NCBI GenBank assembly: GCA_026129095.1
Contig: JAHCIT010000003.1
Location: 356,524-376,523 of the forward strand
Reading direction: 5' to 3'
Source: Deltaproteobacteria bacterium
Lineage (GTDB): Bacteria > JAGRBM01 > JAHCIT01
Length of the DNA: 20,000 nt
Shown: one piece after another, positions 16,909 to 20,000 of the stretch
Position numbering within the stretch: the stretch's first letter is position 1
Layout of the letters: each line of letters begins with the position of its first letter
Translations under genes and position numbers: made by a program
Notes under the pieces: generated by a model
Databases searched by the model: none
The model's input: only the letters and a program-made list of their open reading frames with translations
What the model was told of the DNA's origin: nothing

Positions 16909-19725
16909 ATGCCTCCCAAGAAGACCCCAATATCCTCATCCTCTCCGTCTCTACCGATCGAGTCCGTACGTCACAAGGACAAGCGGGCGAACATCCCGAC
17001 GGAGGAGCTGAAGGATTTCATCAAGGACGACGAGAAGGCTCCGAAGTCCATGCTCTACCCGCGCGATCCGTCGCTGGATCCGCAGTTGGTCTGGAAGGGG
17101 AAGGACGAGCAGGACGCCAAGGACCTCGAAGTGCCGGTGGTGCCGGTTTACATACAGGAGAAGATCCATCCGCAGGCGCTGATCGAGGATTTCCGCAGTT
17201 CCGCCAGAACGGGCGGGCCGGCGCAGGCGTCTCTGTTCAGCGACTTCAACGGGATCGCCTTTGAAGACCTGATCGAGTTCTACCAGCACGAGCAGAACTG
17301 GACGAACCGCATGATCCTGGGCGATTCACTACTCGTGATGACATCGCTGGCCGAAAAGGAAGGGCTCAAGGGCAAGGTCCAGACGATCTTCATGGACCCG
17401 CCGTACGGCATCAAGTTCGGTTCAAACTGGCAAGTTTCAACGCGCAAGCGGGATCTAAATGATGGCAAAAGTGAGGATGTCACCCGCCAACCGGAACAGA
17501 TTCGCGCATTCCGGGATACCTGGGAACTCGGCATTCATTCGTACCTTTCTTATTTGCGCGACCGCTTTGTGGTCGGGCACGAGTTACTGAACGAATCGGG
17601 TACGATCTTTGTGCAAATCGGTGATGCCAATCTTCATATCGTTCGTTGTTTGTTGGATGAAGTATTCGGGAGCGAAAACCATGTCGCGACGGTTCCGTTT
17701 GTTAAGACGAGCGGGTCAACCAAAGACTACTTGCCCGGAACGATCGATTTCATTCTTTTTTACGCGAAGAACTCTGAGCGTCTTAAGTTCCGGAACCTCT
17801 ACCACGTCAAGGAAGTCGGTGGACTGGGTGGGTCGGCATATAACCGAATTGTTGCACAAGACGGTAGCCGTAGAACGTTCAAAAGTGACGAAAAATCTGG
17901 TCGCGTGGACCTGCCCGCACACGCCCGAGTCTACCGCCTCGACAATCTAACGAGCCAAAGTATGGGACGCGAAAAGGGGGAGGGGGCTGCGTCGTGGTTT
18001 CCAGTCCAACTTAACGGGGAAGAATATCGACCCAGCATAAAGGCCCGGTGGAAAACTAATGAAAGCGGGATGAGCAATCTCTTAAGGGCCGAACGTCTAG
18101 AAGCGACGGACACGAGTTTATATTACGTTCGGTATTTTGATGATTTTCGTGCTTTTCCTGTGAGTGATATTTGGCAAGATACCGTGGTGGCCGGTTTCGC
18201 GTCCGACAAACAGTACGTTGTGGAAACGTCCGCAAAGGTTATTGAACGGTGTTTATTGATGAGCACCGATCCGGGTGATCTCGTTGTTGATCCAACTTGC
18301 GGTAGTGGCACCACCGCCTATGTCGCTGAACAGTGGGGCCGCCGGTGGATCACGATGGATACGAGCCGGGTGGCGCTGGCGCTCGCTCGAACGCGCCTAA
18401 TGGCCGCCAAGTTCCCGTACTACTTTTTGGCCGACTCCAAAGACGGCATCCAGAAGGAAGCTGAAGCCACCGGCAAAGTTCCGCCCGACTACAAGACCGA
18501 GAACGATATCCGCAAGGGGTTTGTCTACAAGCGCGTTCCGCACGTTACGCTGAAGGCGATTGCGAACAATGAAGAGATCGACCCGATCTGGGACAAATGG
18601 GCCGTCAAGATCGACCCGGTGCGGAAAACCCTCGGGACTGTCATCAAGAAGAAATGGGAAGAGTGGGAAGTCCCGCGAGAGGCCGAAGGAGCATGGCCGT
18701 CCGAGGCGAAAAAGCTCCACGAGGAGTTCTGGCGGATGCGCCGGGAACGACAGCAGGAGATCGACGCCTCCATTGCCCGTCGCGCCGACGTGGAACTGCT
18801 CTACGACCAGCCCGAAGAGGACAAGAAGCGGGTTCGCGTGACTGGCCCGTTCACGGTCGAGAGCCTCTCGCCCCACCGCGTGCTGGCGACCGACGAGGAA
18901 CAGCCCCGCTCTGTCACCGACGGCCAGAAGTCCGACATGGGTGGCCAGTTCCATGTGATGATCCTGGAGAACCTGAAGAAGGCCGGCGTCCAGAACACCG
19001 TGAAAGAGGAACGGCTCAAGTTCGACCGGCTGGAGCCCCACGCGGGCGTCTGGATCCAGGGTGCCGGCGAATACACCGACAAGGACGGCAAATCCCGCCG
19101 CGTGGCGGTGGCGGTCGGGCCCCAGTACGGAACCGTAAATCGCGAACTGATCAAGGACGCGGCTCTTGAGGCCGTCAAGGGAATCGGGTTCGACCTGCTG
19201 GTCGTTTGCGGCTTTGCCTTCGAGGCGCAGACGGGCGAAGAGCCTCACAAACCCTACGGCAAGCTCCAGATTCTGCTCGCCCGTATGAACCCCGATCTGC
19301 TCATGGGCGAAGAGCTGCTTAAGAAGACGGGCACCGGCAACCTGTTCATGGTGTTCGGCGAACCGGACGTGAAGATCGTGACCGGCAAGGACGGCCGCGT
19401 CACGGTCGAGATCAAGGGTGTAGATGTCTACGACCCGACCACAGGCCAGATCCGCAACAGCTCGACCGACGACATCGCCTGCTGGTTTATCGACACCAAC
19501 TACAATGGCGAGAGCTTCTTCGTCCGGCACGCCTACTTCACGGGGGCACAGGAGCCCTACGACAAGCTCAAACGCGCCATGCGGGCGGAGATCGACGAAG
19601 CCGCCTGGTCGGCGCTCTATTCAACCAGGAGCCGGCCCTTCGATCCCCCCAAGACGAAGAAGATCGCTATCAAGGTGATCAACCACTACGGCGACGAAGT
19701 ACTGAAGGTGTATGAGGTGAAGTGA
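16909..19725 (+). CDS. Type III RM Mod-like site-specific DNA methyltransferase (amino-MTase, beta order; probably m6A)
   Basis: Catalytic motif IV FMDPPY (DPPY at 17395-17406) precedes SAM-binding motif I VVDPTCGSGTT (~18283-18315). Typical termini RDPSLDPQLVWKGKDEQD and KIAIKVINHYGDEVLKV. AAGGA RBS. Confidence 0.93.
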   Translation: MPPKKTPISSSSPSLPIESVRHKDKRANIPTEELKDFIKDDEKAPKSMLYPRDPSLDPQLVWKGKDEQDAKDLEVPVVPVYIQEKIHPQALIEDFRSSARTGGPAQASLFSDFNGIAFEDLIEFYQHEQNWTNRMILGDSLLVMTSLAEKEGLKGKVQTIFMDPPYGIKFGSNWQVSTRKRDLNDGKSEDVTRQPEQIRAFRDTWELGIHSYLSYLRDRFVVGHELLNESGTIFVQIGDANLHIVRCLLDEVFGSENHVATVPFVKTSGSTKDYLPGTIDFILFYAKNSERLKFRNLYHVKEVGGLGGSAYNRIVAQDGSRRTFKSDEKSGRVDLPAHARVYRLDNLTSQSMGREKGEGAASWFPVQLNGEEYRPSIKARWKTNESGMSNLLRAERLEATDTSLYYVRYFDDFRAFPVSDIWQDTVVAGFASDKQYVVETSAKVIERCLLMSTDPGDLVVDPTCGSGTTAYVAEQWGRRWITMDTSRVALALARTRLMAAKFPYYFLADSKDGIQKEAEATGKVPPDYKTENDIRKGFVYKRVPHVTLKAIANNEEIDPIWDKWAVKIDPVRKTLGTVIKKKWEEWEVPREAEGAWPSEAKKLHEEFWRMRRERQQEIDASIARRADVELLYDQPEEDKKRVRVTGPFTVESLSPHRVLATDEEQPRSVTDGQKSDMGGQFHVMILENLKKAGVQNTVKEERLKFDRLEPHAGVWIQGAGEYTDKDGKSRRVAVAVGPQYGTVNRELIKDAALEAVKGIGFDLLVVCGFAFEAQTGEEPHKPYGKLQILLARMNPDLLMGEELLKKTGTGNLFMVFGEPDVKIVTGKDGRVTVEIKGVDVYDPTTGQIRNSSTDDIACWFIDTNYNGESFFVRHAYFTGAQEPYDKLKRAMRAEIDEAAWSALYSTRSRPFDPPKTKKIAIKVINHYGDEVLKVYEVK

Positions 19726-20000
19726 TGGGCTCTAAAAAATTATGGGAAGAATTCGACCAGTTAGTGAAATCGCTTCAACACGAATCTGAACGTGTAGATG
19801 ATGCGGCAAAACGTCGAGCAGGGACAATAGATAGATCAAAAGATCTATTCGAAGATGGCCGGGGGAAAATTATCGGCTCAATTCAAGCTGCCGGTCATAA
19901 CACGATGAAGCTGGAAGAGATCACGAATATAGATGATCTTGAGAAAGAGATAATACGAACAGTTGGTAAGCTTAGTCCGGACGACGTTATGGAACCTGGC
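19725..20000 (+). CDS. Hypothetical protein, 5' part (runs off the window), translationally coupled to mod
   Basis: ATG overlaps the mod stop (TGATG). The frame is open for 92 codons to the window end: MGSKKLWEEFDQLVKSLQHESERVDDAAKRRAGTIDRSKDLFEDGRGKIIGSIQAAGHNTMKLEEITNIDDLEKEIIRTVGKLSPDDVMEPG. AT-rich. Not in the ORF track. Confidence 0.75.
   Translation, partial: MGSKKLWEEFDQLVKSLQHESERVDDAAKRRAGTIDRSKDLFEDGRGKIIGSIQAAGHNTMKLEEITNIDDLEKEIIRTVGKLSPDDVMEPG

Noticed and set aside
16909-19725. Phase-variable simple sequence repeat in mod (phasevarion)
   Set aside because: No long SSR was found. There are only short runs such as G5-A-G5 near 17976-17986 and a Ser-rich TCC/TCT stretch near the start, and the frame is intact.
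1-20000. CRISPR array, IS element or integrase
   Set aside because: No regularly spaced direct repeats, transposase or recombinase motifs, or terminal inverted repeats were seen by eye. Weak or degenerate elements could have been missed.

Overview
The window has two parts. Bases 1-~11240 are GC-rich chromosomal backbone, probably from a deltaproteobacterial or Myxococcota-like organism (inference from gene style). This part holds a partial mscL (missing from the ORF track), an OmpA-domain lipoprotein, a divergent TetR / Coq4-family pair and two tandem paralogous membrane histidine kinases. One kinase has Arg in place of the phospho-acceptor His. It also holds two lipoproteins (one a sorbosone/glucose-dehydrogenase-like propeller with an IPT/TIG domain), a three-gene lipid-modification operon (PAP2/Aur1-like, unknown, PlsC-like) and a possible small divergent gene. 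After a ~800 bp hairpin-rich non-coding stretch (11242-12039) comes a mosaic defence operon: a Type III-like restriction helicase/nuclease (Res), an AT-rich GHKL/MORC ATPase fused to a PD-(D/E)xK nuclease, a Mod-type DNA methyltransferase with an AT-rich central target-recognition region, and a further AT-rich unknown ORF running off the window. The best candidates for novelty are the GHKL-nuclease embedded between res and mod, and the kinase/pseudokinase pair. No tRNA, rRNA, CRISPR array, integrase or transposase was recognised.
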